A stretch of 64,000 nucleotides of DNA from Vicugna vicugna. Lineage: Eukaryota. Shown here one piece after another: positions 1 to 11,893 of this stretch (position 1 is the stretch's first letter; the number at the start of each line of letters is the position of its first letter). Location: positions 992,001-1,056,000 of the forward strand of contig MU058387.1 of the NCBI GenBank assembly GCA_013265495.1, in the 5' to 3' direction. Below the pieces are notes generated by a model. That model made no database searches. It was not told the origin of the DNA and worked only from the letters and a program-made list of their open reading frames with translations. The translations under genes were made by a program, and so were the position numbers.

Positions 1-105
1 ATATCTACTGGGAAACCAAAAGATTTGTGTGACTCACTTTATAACAATATTCACTTTACCGTGGTGGTCTGTAGCTAAACCTACACCATCTCAGAGGTGT
101 TCCTG
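1..105 (+). mobile_element. Tigger1 (TcMar-Tigger) DNA transposon, 3' terminus
   Basis: ctgggaaaccaaaagatttgtgtgactcacttta...gtggtggtctg...atctcagaggtgttcctg matches the Tigger1 right end and TIR as I recall it. Confidence 0.8.
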
Positions 106-2084
106 TGGAACCTGCTGATCTTAGCACTGACCATCAGTGATGACAATGGAAGACGTCATCTGTCTTATGTTTGAAAAAGGGGACAATAAAGTTGTTCTTT
201 GGAAGTTGAACTTTTAGACCATAAACAATATTGATGTAGAAAAGCAATTTAAAGAGATGGTGTACTTTCAGCTCTTTAAGACTTACATGTAACTCAGTCA
301 AATATATGAAGATATCAAAAGAAAGAATGTGCTCATCAAAAATGGAATTGGACAGCCATGGAAGCATAGAAAAGGGAATCATAGAGATATTGTGTTATAA
401 GTCCCAGCAAAGCACTGGCAAGAGAAAAGGTGCTGTACTCAGTGGGTCTCATGGGCAACAGCCTGCTTGCAGCTGACACATTTTAATTAAGCCCTTCTAA
501 CTGGACCAACTGGTGACCCTGGCCCTGACTTCATGCTCAACAAGAAGTGATCTAAGTAAGATTTTGCTTTCCAATACACTAATCAGCTCACGTTCATATT
601 CCAGGCTTTGAAATAGTCATCTTTCTTATTATTGAATAACTTTTTTATTTTAGACTTATAGATTAGTCTTGGTTGATGAATGCATTCTTGGTGTGCTGAG
701 CAAATAAAATTATTCACAGCTTAGAAGTTTGAGGGCCAGATTTTGGCCAGAGATGAATTGACCCAAATAATGAATGACATATTTTCATGTCAGCTTTCTA
801 GGAAATAGTTTATTTCTTTCAACTTATTAAAATCTCTTCTGTATCACTGCAATGGCTTAAACATTAGCTTTTTTAATTTCTAAATTTTAGAAAAATCTTA
901 ACTATCATTTAATACCAAAATCACTTTACTCAAATGAGAAAAAAACAATGAAAAAGGAAAAGAAAATTTAATAACTTCAATTGACTAGATCAAGAATGCT
1001 AATAACAGATGTTGCAAAATGTATTCCCTATTCCATTTGAGCCTTTAGAAAAACAAATGTTACCTACAGGCATTATTTATCCACAGATATGTTCATGAAT
1101 GTATTTTGTAGATTATACAAAAGTAGATAGAGGCAAAAACTGTAAATTTTGCCCACTTAGCCCATGAAGAATTGCTTCCTTTATTGCCAATTAACTTACT
1201 TGGTTCAAATAGGCTAAATATTTTAAGCAAAACTGCTAATTTTTAGCAAAATTATTATTGTATCAGTGAAAGTAAACATTCTTGTGGTGACCTTTGCTGC
1301 GTTGAAATAGAAGCATCCGTTCTGAGTTATAACAGGATTGATTTCAGACACCTCTAGCTGTCAGGGACCTCATGTGGTTTAGGGACTACTCTGGATTCCG
1401 AAGCTCGAGTTCGTGTCACAGAGGAGGGAGAAAGTCTCTGCAACCACCACGTTCATTATAAAGTGCTTGCCCTGAGCTGAGAGCTCTCCTGTCACTGGTG
1501 AGCATGTGCCCCAGACAGAGCATGGACTTGAACCCCCAATCCAATTATCCTTATCGTTAGTGAGAATCCAGTTCCCTCTAACTTTTCATCACTCTTAATC
1601 ATCTAGGAGACTCACATAGGTTCATTTGCCAAAAATGTCAAAGTTTTTATTTTCACACTGATGGAAATCAAACACAGTTGCTATCCATTCCATCAAAAAC
1701 ACTGGTGAGGCCAATATCAGAACGTATCAAGACCCTGGTGGTTAGGATACTTCATGGCTCTAATTTCCATGACCTGTATTTTAAAACTTCACTCAGTGTA
1801 AGGAATTCACACTTGATCTGACTACTTGGTAAACACAGAGATGCAGCCTTTGGTTGGGTACAGAGTCCTGAGTTTTAGTTCTGACTCTGCCTTTCCCATA
1901 TAGTCCATAAAATTGTCTGTGAGTTGATTTTGGTTCTCAAGATTTTCACCATCAAGAACCCCTGCTTTTTCTTTCCCTTCACAGTTTATATGAGTTTGTC
2001 TACCAGAATTTACTGAGGCAAAGTTTCATGGAAAGTGAGGGTTGGGGAAATCATATTTATTATCTGTCATACCAGACACAGTAC

Positions 2085-2245
2085 ATATTCACAGCTGTTT
2101 TTATTCCCATGGCCACACAACAAGGTAGATTGTCTTATCCCCATTTATGGGAAAGTAAGCTGAGTTTCATTGGGGTCTAAATTTAAAAAGCTAATAAACA
2201 GTCTTAAGGCTTTCTAACTCTGAACCCAAATTCTGTCCACACTGC
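2085..2245 (-). mobile_element. MIR SINE fragment
   Basis: Degenerate antisense MIR core: aggtagattgtcttatccccattt...gtaagctgag. Confidence 0.6.
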
Positions 2246-2754
2246 AAATTTAGAAACGAACTATGCAGTAACTGTCATAATAATTTTGTATTTCATGGTC
2301 AAAGATGAGAATTACCATGATTTAGAACTTCTAATCAGCATTTGATAATGAATTCCTTGGTGAGAAGGAAGCCTGAATGATTGTGCATGTTCTAAAGCAA
2401 GCTTGGTAGGTCTAGGAAAATTGGAGAAGGTGAAGGTCAGATCTAAAGGAAGACAGACATTGCCATGGATGAGGCTGGTTAAAGGTTCGTTCTGTTTCAA
2501 AGGAAGGCATCTTAAGTTTCCAGTGGGAAGAAGATCAATAACATGATTTGATTTGTGTCTTAGAGAAGATGCTGCAAACCAGACAGTCACTAATTAGCCT
2601 TTGGAAAGGAAGGGCAAGAGGTAATAAGATTCTCATAAATTCTCAGCTTATACAAGATTATACGGGGGAAAACACACTCATTTAGTTAGGTATTTAAAAC
2701 AAAAGAGTAGTTTTCAGTTAATGCAGTTTGCTAATATTCCCTTTAGAAAAAAAA

Positions 2755-2870
2755 TGTTTTATTTTTAGATAATTCTAGAGTCATAGGTAGTTATAAAGCA
2801 ATGTACAAAAGTACTGTGAGCCCTTCACCCAGCAGCCCCTCAGGATAACACATTGTACAGCTATTAGTAA
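2755..2870 (-). mobile_element. Old L1 (L1M-type) 3' end fragment
   Basis: tttttagataattctagagtcatagg...cccttcacccag resembles the antisense 3' terminus of old L1M elements. Confidence 0.55.
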
Positions 2871-2959
2871 TGCCCTTTTGAAAGAAAAAAATATGTTTAG
2901 CCTTGCTTTACACTGTATATCAAATTGATCACATCTCCAAAATGGCTGTAATTTAAAAA

Positions 2960-3115
2960 GTAAGCAACAATATCATTAAACTACTAGAAAAAATAAGTAC
3001 AGAGTGATAGCCTCTTGAGTAAAAGTTCGAATGATACACAGAGAGCAAATACCCTAAAGGAAAAAAAAATAGATTATAGTATATGTATTTTAAAAAACTT
3101 CTTCATATTAAAATA
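2960..3115 (+). mobile_element. Old L1 ORF2 fragment
   Basis: A-rich L1-like segment: aaactactagaaaaaa...aaaggaaaaaaaaatagattat...aaaaacttcttcat. Confidence 0.5.
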
Positions 3116-3187
3116 CAAACAACTAACTAGCCAAAATCCTATGGGTGATATTTCAGTCCCAATCACAGGCAATTCCAAAGACTTTAC

Positions 3188-3363
3188 CTATCAGGTCTCA
3201 TGGAGGAAAGTGGCCCATTCATACACCGGACTTGTTGCACAGACAGTGCCTTCCATCTTTGAAAGAAGTTGCAGTCAGGGATGTAGGCAACCCCTGGCTG
3301 GCCATGTTCCTCCCAGACTTTATATTCCGGAGGTAACACGTCAATCATCGTCCAAAACACAAC
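3188..3363 (-). other. Candidate internal exon (176 nt) of an unidentified minus-strand transcript
   Basis: Minus-strand acceptor tgtcatttgcag|GTT at 3364/3363 and donor TAG|gtaaag at 3188/3187. Non-repeat sequence; one frame is open across the whole exon (VVFWTMIDVLPPEYKVWEEHGQPG...). Confidence 0.45.
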
Positions 3364-3479
3364 CTGCAAATGACACAGGTGCTACAGAGAGGAATTTCTT
3401 CAAGTTTTGAGAGGATGTTTCTAAGACAAGTGAGGTCAGGGAACTCCTGTTTAAAGGATTTCTAAAAAATGCATAGTAA

Positions 3480-3680
3480 ATTAGTGGAGGAGAGGAAGAA
3501 AGACCATGCTAGGCAGTAAGACAGCATGTGCAAAGGCTTGGTGGTGAGAGGAAGCATGGGGGAGGCCAGTGGAGGCCAGCTGATGTTCTGCAGCACAGAA
3601 AAGGGTGGAGAGTGGATTTCAGCAAGTGTAAAATGGTGCTCGGGAGGTAGGTAGCAGCCAAATCATGTAGTTGAAGGGGA
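3480..3680 (-). mobile_element. L2 LINE fragment
   Basis: Antisense L2 signature aggcagtaagacagcatgtgcaaaggc...gaagcatgg. Confidence 0.6.
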
Positions 3681-3929
3681 AGCAATAGCATATGTTCAGA
3701 AAAAAGAGATAATAAATGTCCCAGCCTTTCCTAACAGGCAAAAAATAAGTTAGGAATAGTTTTGAGTGGCCACCTGAGATCCTGCATTCCAGAGACTCTT
3801 AAAGGGTAAAGTGATCAGATCTGCATGTGTTGTCCACAGTGTGTTACAGGCTCTTCTTGCTCTGGATCCTAAATCTGAATGACCAGATCTGGTTAATTTT
3901 CTGTACAATTAAGTTTTGAGATGTAGCTT

Positions 3930-4008
3930 GTTACACAAAAGCAGATCAGTTTCTGTCACTTCTCTACAAAGAATCAATGACTGATTCCCCATCAATCTCA
4001 GAGTAAAC

Positions 4009-4070
<62 letters not shown>

Positions 4071-4498
4071 GATATTGTTGCCTTGGCATGTGTGTCCCTA
4101 ATGATCTGACCTCTGCTTACTGCTCTTGAATCATCTGCTCGCCACTCTTGACTCTACAAATACCAAGAATCTGATGTTTTCCCAATGTGCCAGCCTTTCT
4201 TTCAGGTAGGACACTGAGCTTTTGTTCAGGTGCCTTTTATCCCCCTTTCCCTTCTCCTCCTAAGAAATATTTAGCCACCCTTCAGCTTAAGTAAATCTCT
4301 TAGAAACCCCCCTATAATCGCCTTTTGCCTTGTCACCAAAGCTATACTCCTGTTTGCTTTCTTCACACATAGCATCTTAATAACTAAAAAAATTCTCTAT
4401 CCCAAATCTGTGGTGGCATGACGAAAAGTATATATTTTTGTATTTATTTCAGTATCCATACTTAACACGGTATCTGCCACTTATTTTGAATGAATGAA
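3930..4498 (+). mobile_element. L2 LINE 3' portion, interrupted by a TTA microsatellite
   Basis: Pyrimidine-rich L2-like sequence ending in the L2 tail ttgaatgaatgaa. Confidence 0.6.
4011..4070. repeat. (TTA)20 microsatellite
   Basis: Perfect trinucleotide run read directly from the sequence. Confidence 0.98.
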
Positions 4499-5539
4499 GG
4501 CATCTGTGCATATATTAAAAATTTGTTCCTCATTATTATCAGTTCAATGAATTCCTGTCTTGGTACAGAAGTAGAGAAGTTCCGATTGATGCACAATGGG
4601 TTGTTTTTGAATGACCATATCTGAGTCTATTTTAATCATTTTATTCTTAAACTATTTTTATGGACATTGTACTTTTATGGGAAGATCAGATTTAAGCTTC
4701 TGGTGGAAAAGATCGTGTTGGTCTCATCTTTGTATTCCCAGGTAGCACCAAGCATAGATTATTACATATAGTTGACACTCTTCAATTATTAATTTCTTTT
4801 CAAAAACATGAAGACTGAGATTTAAGGGTAGGTTTTTACATCTGACACTGGATCAAATTCTCCTAGCTCTTGCTCATGGGGTTGCGTCTCCATACAAGAG
4901 TATTTTCTCCTATTCCCACAGCCAAGTTGAAATGGAAATTTAACTCAGGTTTTGTCCTTGACATCCCTGCTTAGGCTGTTCTTAATAAATGCAGTTGTTA
5001 TTTCTAAGCCAGTTGTTGTAATTATATTTTTGTTGGCTTTCTTCATTATATTTCTTCTCCAGATGGTCCACAATTTAGGTTTTTGGCTTCCTTCCTAATA
5101 TCAAACTATAGGAATATTACACCATCCTCTTTCAAAAACAAATCTCAATTGGTTTCTTACTTGCCAATGGCTAGAACTTTGAAAGTCCTCCTCGTGGGGC
5201 CCTTCGTATCTCAATGATTTCATTATGGAAGAGAATCCCCTGGGAGATCCTGTTTTTCATTTCAGTCTGAACAAAGTTCTGGCAAAAGTCTGATACCGTG
5301 GATTAGATTTTTGACATCCTTACTTTCATATAAAGCATTATAAAAGCATTCTCCTTGGAAAATTCTGCAGAATTGAAACTCATGAACTATCTGACTCATG
5401 ACAACATTAAATGGAAAACAAGGCCATTTTTTATAGAACAAGCAAAAATAGTGATCTGCGGTGAGAGGCTTTGAAGAGTTTAGCTCAAATACAAAGACGT
5501 TTTGAGTATGTATCTAAATTTTAAAGAACGTCATGTTCC

Positions 5540-5750
5540 TGTTCATTTGTTTAACACATGAAAGGCCAACATAAGTGCATCAATTCTCTGTGCTTAAGTT
5601 TCCTTTTATTTTAAAATAAAAATAATACTAGTACACATAGTTTCATTTTTTCCCCTAGAATGAAATAAGTTAATTCACAGAAAGTGCTTGGAAAAATGTC
5701 TGATCAAAACAAACACTTCAATAAATGCTAACTATTATTAGTATTAGTGG
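5540..5750 (+). mobile_element. MIR SINE
   Basis: ctctgtgcttaagtttcc...aaagtgcttggaa...cttcaataaatgctaactattatta matches the MIR core and tail. Confidence 0.7.
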
Positions 5751-6309
5751 TAGTATGTCTGTATTAAGATACTGTGCTAGCATTAAGTGTTAGCCATAAA
5801 CACAAAATTATTAAGTGTTTATATAGAATTAATGGGACTTGCCTTTGGTCATATCTTTCAGCCACTCTTTTAAAGAAAATGAATAGTAAGAACCAAAATC
5901 ACATGTCATTTTTTTTTTACATGATCAGTTAATTGAACTTAGCCCTGGACAGAAATGCTTCAGGTTTAAGTGCTACTTAACCCTCACATTTCAAACTTTA
6001 ACATGTTAACAGTGAGAAAATAATTGGGAAATAAATGAATGTTTCTGGCAGGAGAAAGAAAAAAAAGGAATTGAAAGGGGAAAATAAGAAAAGCTCAGCT
6101 GGCTTTTAGAGGCAAGGCACCTGAACACTTTGGGAGAAGGATTCCTTGTCATTGTCAGTGATGTGCTGGTACCCCACGATGTCACTTCAGAAGCAGCTGT
6201 CTTCATGGCTGGAGGCAACTTCCAGTCATTCAAAGAGATGATTCTGTCTGGGCTGTCACACAGGGAGATGATGGTGTCATTTTGTGTAATAGACTCTACC
6301 GTAGGTGAC

Positions 6310-6432
6310 GATAATGGCGAATGTGGTGGGTCCACCCCGGTCCTATTTACCAGCCTGTTCCCTGCTGCTACAGCATGGTGCCTGGCCCCTTGACTGGGCT
6401 GATACTCAACCAATACTTGGGGAATGAAAGAG
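6310..6432 (+). mobile_element. L2 LINE 3' end
   Basis: cagcatggtgcctggc...actcaaccaatacttggggaatgaa is an L2 terminus. Confidence 0.6.
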
Positions 6433-6521
6433 TAAAAGAATGAACCTAAAAGAAAAGAAAGAAATATCACATAATTGAAACATTTACACATTTCACAAGT
6501 TAAAAATAGCAGATCTATAAG

Positions 6522-6706
6522 TAGTGGTTCTGAACCTTAACTAAATCACCTGGGAACTTAAAAACAGAAAAATCCTAATGCTCAAGCTGTGTCCCAGACA
6601 AATTAAATCTGAATCTCTGGCAGGGAGATCCAGACTTCAACATTATTTTAAATAATCTTTTTAGATGTTCCCACCAGGCAGCCCACGCTGACAATGACTG
6701 GTCTAG
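6522..6706. mobile_element. MER5A-type hAT-Charlie MITE
   Basis: agtggttctgaacctt...aatcacctggg...aattaaatctgaatctctgg...actggtctag matches MER5. Confidence 0.75.
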
Positions 6707-7319
6707 ACCAAAACCAGTGGGACCCAGTAAATGTGACCCAAAGGAAGGGCTGATGCAAGGGAATCAAGGCTGCCTTGTGGATCATTGCTATAGAAAACGA
6801 ATTTGGGTTCAAGTTCTTTTACCAGGTGTTTTGATATCTGAATGTCTAAAATCTCAGCCTCAGTGTTTTAAGGATTGTGGTTATTTAGCACTGTGTATTG
6901 AAACTTAAGTCACTGAAGCAGTTCAGCTGAACAAACTTAACTTATACCATTAAAGTGATAGCTTACCATTAGCACTAATGCATTGGACTCTGCTTTGTGC
7001 TACCCTATAGATTCAGATGCAGTCTAGCTCACATCCTTCAATGGTTGTTTCAATAATGGACCACATTTTGCTTTCTGTGGCATTGTCTATTATAACAAAT
7101 GTAACAATAATAATAAAGCAAACACATATATGAACTTCCCACCAGAAGTCAGTCTGCCTTTGCTCACTGCCCCTTTCCAGACACGTACATTCACTCATGT
7201 CTTACCCTTAACACCACTCTCTTATCCATGTCTTCTAATTCCCATTCAAAGAAAAGAAATGCAGAATATTACTGTGTTGGCTCAATAAAGCTTCAGGATT
7301 TAGGTCACATTACTGCTTT

Positions 7320-7550
7320 CTTCATTCATGCAAGAAATATTGACTGAGCCATATTATGTTACAGATTCTCTCAAGCTCTGGGAATAAAACAGTAAATAAA
7401 ACAGGGGGAAAAAAATCCCTGCTTTGTAGAATTTATATTCTAGTGGGAGAGAAAGAAAATAAACAAGGTGAAGTATTACAATATATCATATCTGAGATGT
7501 GAAACGTGTTTAAGGGGAAAATAAAGCAGCACAAGGAGATAAGTGTTAGA
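7320..7550 (-). mobile_element. L2 LINE 3' end (host element split by the L1 insertion)
   Basis: Antisense L2 3' end: ttcattcatgcaagaaatattgactgagc...atattctagtgggagag...aaataaagcag. Confidence 0.75.
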
Positions 7551-10202
7551 GGGTTGACATCACCAAGATGGTGGCCTGGAAGAATCCAACAAAGATCAAC
7601 AATTAGACAGCTATTCATGAATACAAACAGCTCCTGGAGAGCTCTGGGGTCTACTTAAGAAACTTCAGCAACACAGTGAAACAAAAAACGTGAGAATAAC
7701 ATCGTGAGAAGGAAGACAGTTTCATTTTGCCTGCATCACCCCATCTTCCAAGCTGGCATTTCTCAGTGCCAAGGTGGAACCCCCCCAGCTAGAAAGAGTT
7801 TCCTTTGCTGGAAAGAAAGAGCAGGGTGAGCAACCGACTTACCCAGCCTTTTGGAGGAACTGCACAAAGGTCTCTTCAACTTCACCCCACTCAGACCATC
7901 AAAGCCGAGACACCCAGACAGCAAGCAATGAGGAAGTAAAGCAGGGGCCATCAATAGGAGCCACAAACAGGAGCAATTCTCAATTCAGTGTGACCTGTCT
8001 GACAGACAAACCCAGCAGCATTCCCTACTGAAGAAGGAACCGATGGCCAAGCACAACCGCGTCAGAGCCCTGCTGATTTCACCAGCTGTTGCCCCAGGTC
8101 TTCACGTTCATTGATGCCAGGCACCCAAGAGCCTCCTCCTCACCGACCCCCAGCTGAGTGCAGGAACTCTGCATCAGCAGACATCTCAGGCCTCAGTGAC
8201 TGCATGAAAGCAAGATGCCAGTCCAGACTCCTGTGGCTGACCTCCACTGCCATGCACCTGCTCGGGGCTGACGCCTCCACCTTGCACTTGCATGCCACTG
8301 GCCTAACGCCTGTCACCAGCCTCTGCTGTGAAAATACACCTGTGGGGGGAGGTGGCACAGCCACAGGAGAGCATGCCTGACAGCCAGGGCCCGCGTGGCT
8401 GCTAGTGGGCTTGGATCAGGCCCTGCCTGCTGTCACTGGTCTGCATCACTGTGCCCACCTGCAGCTTGTTGCTCCGGTTGAGCACGTGCATGCCTCCAAC
8501 TCAACCCCTATCGCTGGCTTCCACCGCCACGTGCCGCATGTGCTGAGGGCCCCAGTAGCTCCTGTAGATATCACAGACCTCCCGCAAGTGCTTGCCAAGC
8601 ACCACACCCTTATCAATGCTGATGATCTGAGCCAAAGGGACACTGCTTCCCACGATCTGGTGCCACTACACACCCCCACACCTGACGCCATGAACCACTA
8701 GACCCGAGGTCACAGCATGCTCCAGAATTCCCCTTCCTACAAGTGAATGTCTTCCCTTACCAATCAGTTCGTAAAGTCTGGAAGAAGTGCATACTCCTTG
8801 AAATGTGCAATGCTTATGCAAGACTACAGAGTTCACAAAGAATCAGGGAAATGTGACTCCACTAAAGGAATTAGGAAACTTCCAGTAACTGCCCCCCACC
8901 CCCCAACAGAGATTCAGGTATTATCTGTTCTAAAGATGCTCAGAGAGCTATAAGAGAACACAGATAAACAAGTTAGTGATGTCAGGCAAATAACACAAGA
9001 ACAAAAGGAGAAATTTAACAAAGAGATAGAAAACATAAATAAACAAACTTTGGAGCTGAAGGATACAATGATCAAACTGAACAATTCAACAGGGAGTTTC
9101 AACAGTAGACTTGACCAAGTAGAAGAAAGATTGGGGACCATTAAAATAACCAATCTGCAAATTCTTGAATTCCTAGGATGAGAAGAGAGGGAGGAAAGGA
9201 TATAAAGCTTTTTTAAGGAAATAATGTCTGTGACCTTCCCAAATCTGGGGAAAGTTTTAGATATCTAAGTTCTTGCAGCTTGTAGGGCACTAAACAAAAT
9301 CAACTTAAACAGATAGATCCTTTCAAAGTCCAGGTATAGGCTGCCTGCAAGACATTAACTTCAGCTTTAAGACTCAAAATAAAGGGATAGAAAGAGATAG
9401 TTTGTACAAGTGGGAACCAAAAGATATCAGAAGTAACTTTACTTATATCAGACTAACTAGACTTTCTGCCAAAATGGTAACAAGAGACAAAGAAGTTCAT
9501 TTTATGATGATAAAGAGATCAATTTATTAAGAAGATATAATAATCATAAAAAATATACACTCAACTTCAGAGTACCTAAATGTATTATACAAATACTAAA
9601 AGATCTGATGGGAGAAATAGACAGCAATACAGTAATAGTAGGGGACTTCAACATCACACTTGTAACAATGGATAGATTATCCAGACAGAAAATTCACAAA
9701 CAAATGTTGAACTGGATCCATACTCTAGCTAAATGGACCTAACAGACATATAAAGACATTCTATCCAACAGCAACAGAATACACATTTTCCTCAAGCACA
9801 TATGGAATATTGTCCCGGATAGATCACGATAGTTCAGAGAACACATTTTAGCAAATTTAAAAAGATTAATATCAGACCAAGTATTTTTTCCTGACCACAG
9901 GAGTAGGAAACTAGAAATCAATAACAGGGGAAAAGCTGGAAAATTCACAAGTATGTGGAAATTAAAAACACACTCCTGAACAACCAACAGGTCAAAAATC
10001 AATCAAGAGGGAAATTTAAAAATCTTGAAATAAAGGAAAATGGAAACACAACATAACAAAATCTAGGGGATGCTGCAAAATGAATTCTAAGAGAAAAGTT
10101 TGTAGCAATAGACACCTGCATTAAGAAAACAGAAAACTATTAAATGAAGCAACTAGAAAAAGAAGAATAAACTGAGCCCAAAGTTAGCAGAAGGAAGAAA
10201 AT
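7551..10202 (+). mobile_element. Old L1 LINE: 5'UTR, partial ORF1 and ORF2 endonuclease region; decayed, no 3' end
   Basis: L1 5' start (caagatggtggc) and GC-rich 5'UTR to about 8750. ORF1 coiled-coil-like region (gagaaatttaacaaagagatagaa, aacagtagacttgaccaagtagaagaaag). ORF2 endonuclease motifs (aatagtaggggacttcaac = IVGDFN; acagaatacacattttcctcaagcaca; tttcctgaccac = FPDH). Many stops and frameshifts. Confidence 0.9.
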
Positions 10203-10367
10203 TTGAGTCTTTGGATTTTTTTCCTTTTTTTTTTTCTTTTAGTCAGTCTAGGTATAAGTTTGTTAATTTTATCCTAAAAAACAATTTTTGGTATTATTGA
10301 TATTTTCTGTTGTTTTTCTGTTCTCTGTTTCATTTATTTCTGATCTAATCTTTGTTATTTTCTTCCC
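10203..10367 (-). mobile_element. Inverted continuation of the same L1 ORF2
   Basis: The reverse complement reads ggaagaaaataacaaagattagatcagaaataaatgaaacagag...cctagactgactaaaaag...agactcaaat, the L1 ORF2 sequence that follows the point where the forward copy stops. Confidence 0.8.
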
Positions 10368-10369
10368 AA

Positions 10370-11400
10370 TTCTGGCAGTGATGTGAAAGAAGATTTGAAA
10401 GGAATACCCAGTTAGGACACAGGTGTATCTGTCTAGGGAAGAAAAGTAGTAAAGACACCGAGGAGGTAATAGCTTTGAGAAAAAGACTTAGGAAGTGAAC
10501 TAAGGGTCATGCCAACTGAGGAGAAGGGAGGAGTGCTGGAGAGGAGCCATGTTCCCTGCTCTGCAGTGTGGACAACGGTGTGGTTTCAGAGGTCTAAATC
10601 AGAAGCAGATTAGAGAAGAAAGTCCAATTGCAGGAAGCAATTAATGAATTAGTGTTGGATGTGTTGAATTCAAGATGATAGATGAAGATCACTGAGGTCT
10701 AGCAGGTTATTTGGATATAAAAGTTTGAAGCCAAAGCTCATGGTCTGGCAAAAGGGAGACACTTAGGAATTATTAGCGCAGGTTTGTTTCAGAAACCATG
10801 AGATTTCTGGGTGACTTGAAAGAGTCCGCAGAATCAGAAGAACATGGGCTAAGGTGGGAACCTGAGAAATACCAATGTTTACCGGGTGGGCAGGGAAGGG
10901 GGCTTCCATGAAGACAGCGAGATAGCGGTGGGATGGAAGCAAGAGGTAAGCTGAGCATTGTAAAGAAATGAACGTACTGACACATGAAGCAGAGGACGGA
11001 TTCATGCAAGTTAAGGACTGCAAAATGGCTGTTGGACTTCCCAGCAAGGAAGTTACTGCTGACGTTAGTGACAGCAACGTTACTTGATTTGTGGTGGCAG
11101 AAACTAACTTCAAGGTTGAAAGTGAGAAAACGATTACGTGGAGTAAAGTCAAGTCTGTCCTTTCCAGGAGTTTGCATGAGCGAGGCAGAGGAGAGCGGGG
11201 TGCAATTAGAAGGCGTTATGGGATCAAAAGAGATTGTTTTTTTATTCTTCATCTTTTTATTTGGACTTTAGTATGGGGCACCTGATCTTAAAAAAACTGG
11301 AAGGGAGGTGGAAACCAGAATAGCATGAGAAGCTAAAAATATAGAAAAGATAGTTGGAAGGGCTGAAGGCACAGTCATCAGAAAGAATCTGTATGAGTAC
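10370..11400 (-). mobile_element. L2 LINE including a reverse-transcriptase remnant
   Basis: Minus-strand ORF-track peptides HHKSSNVAVTNVSSNFLAGKSNSHFAVLNL and VNIGISQVPTLAHVLL resemble the L2 RT motifs HHSTETALVKVTNDLLLAKSNGHFSVLIL and LNVGVPQGSVLGPLLF. Confidence 0.8.
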
Positions 11401-11509
11401 TGGTATCACATTCAACTTTTTCCTTTTATGATGGTCTCCATCAACCTCATCTCTCAGGGCCAACGTCACTCATGTACATTACCTGTCCCGGCCCACATTA
11501 AATCATATG

Positions 11510-11765
11510 ATAATAATACTGACAACAAATAAAACTGGTTGAATACACCCTATGATCTAGACACTGTGTTGGATGTTTTACACATTGTCTATAACTGAGA
11601 AACAACCACTCAATTCAAAAGTGCTTACCCAACTTACAGATGGAAAACAGAGGCTCAGAGTGCTATGAACAAATCCCCTAGGGAGACAGTGAATGAACAG
11701 CCACTGGGATTTAAATCCAGCTCTGTCTGAATCCAGAGCTCTACTCGTCCCACTAAATCCAACTG
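11510..11765 (-). mobile_element. MIR SINE
   Basis: ttacagatggaaaacagaggctcagag...gggatttaaatccag...tctgaatccagagc. Confidence 0.85.
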
Positions 11766-11844
11766 ACTTGACTCTTGTAATATTTGTATTTAAAAATGTG
11801 TGTCCTCTTGATGAAAATCTGGCAGCGATCAGTTCTTTTCTTAC

Positions 11845-11893
11845 CTGTTCAAGGAGGTAAAGCTTTTGTATACAATTCATCAGCTTTTATGTC
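11845..11893 (-). other. Candidate small exon (49 nt) of an unidentified minus-strand transcript
   Basis: Minus-strand acceptor cgctcactctttactctcag|GAC at 11894/11893 and donor CAG|gtaaga at 11845/11844. Contains an ATG at 11880. Confidence 0.45.

Noticed and set aside
3015..3410. 131-aa plus-strand ORF
   Set aside because: It has a non-ATG start, its first third lies in an A-rich L1 remnant, and it has no recognisable domain. The splice signals here are on the minus strand.
6006..6491. 161-aa minus-strand ORF, the longest in the track
   Set aside because: It runs through an L2 3' end and low-complexity purine tracts, with no domain and no exon boundaries.
7763..8701. Cluster of overlapping ORFs in GC-rich DNA suggesting a gene or CpG island
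   Set aside because: Explained by the decayed L1 5'UTR; stop codons are simply rarer in GC-rich sequence.
10763..11285. Several 64-159 aa ORFs, two with RT-like motifs
   Set aside because: Frameshifted L2 reverse-transcriptase remnant with degenerate motifs; not a functional gene or a novel retroelement system.
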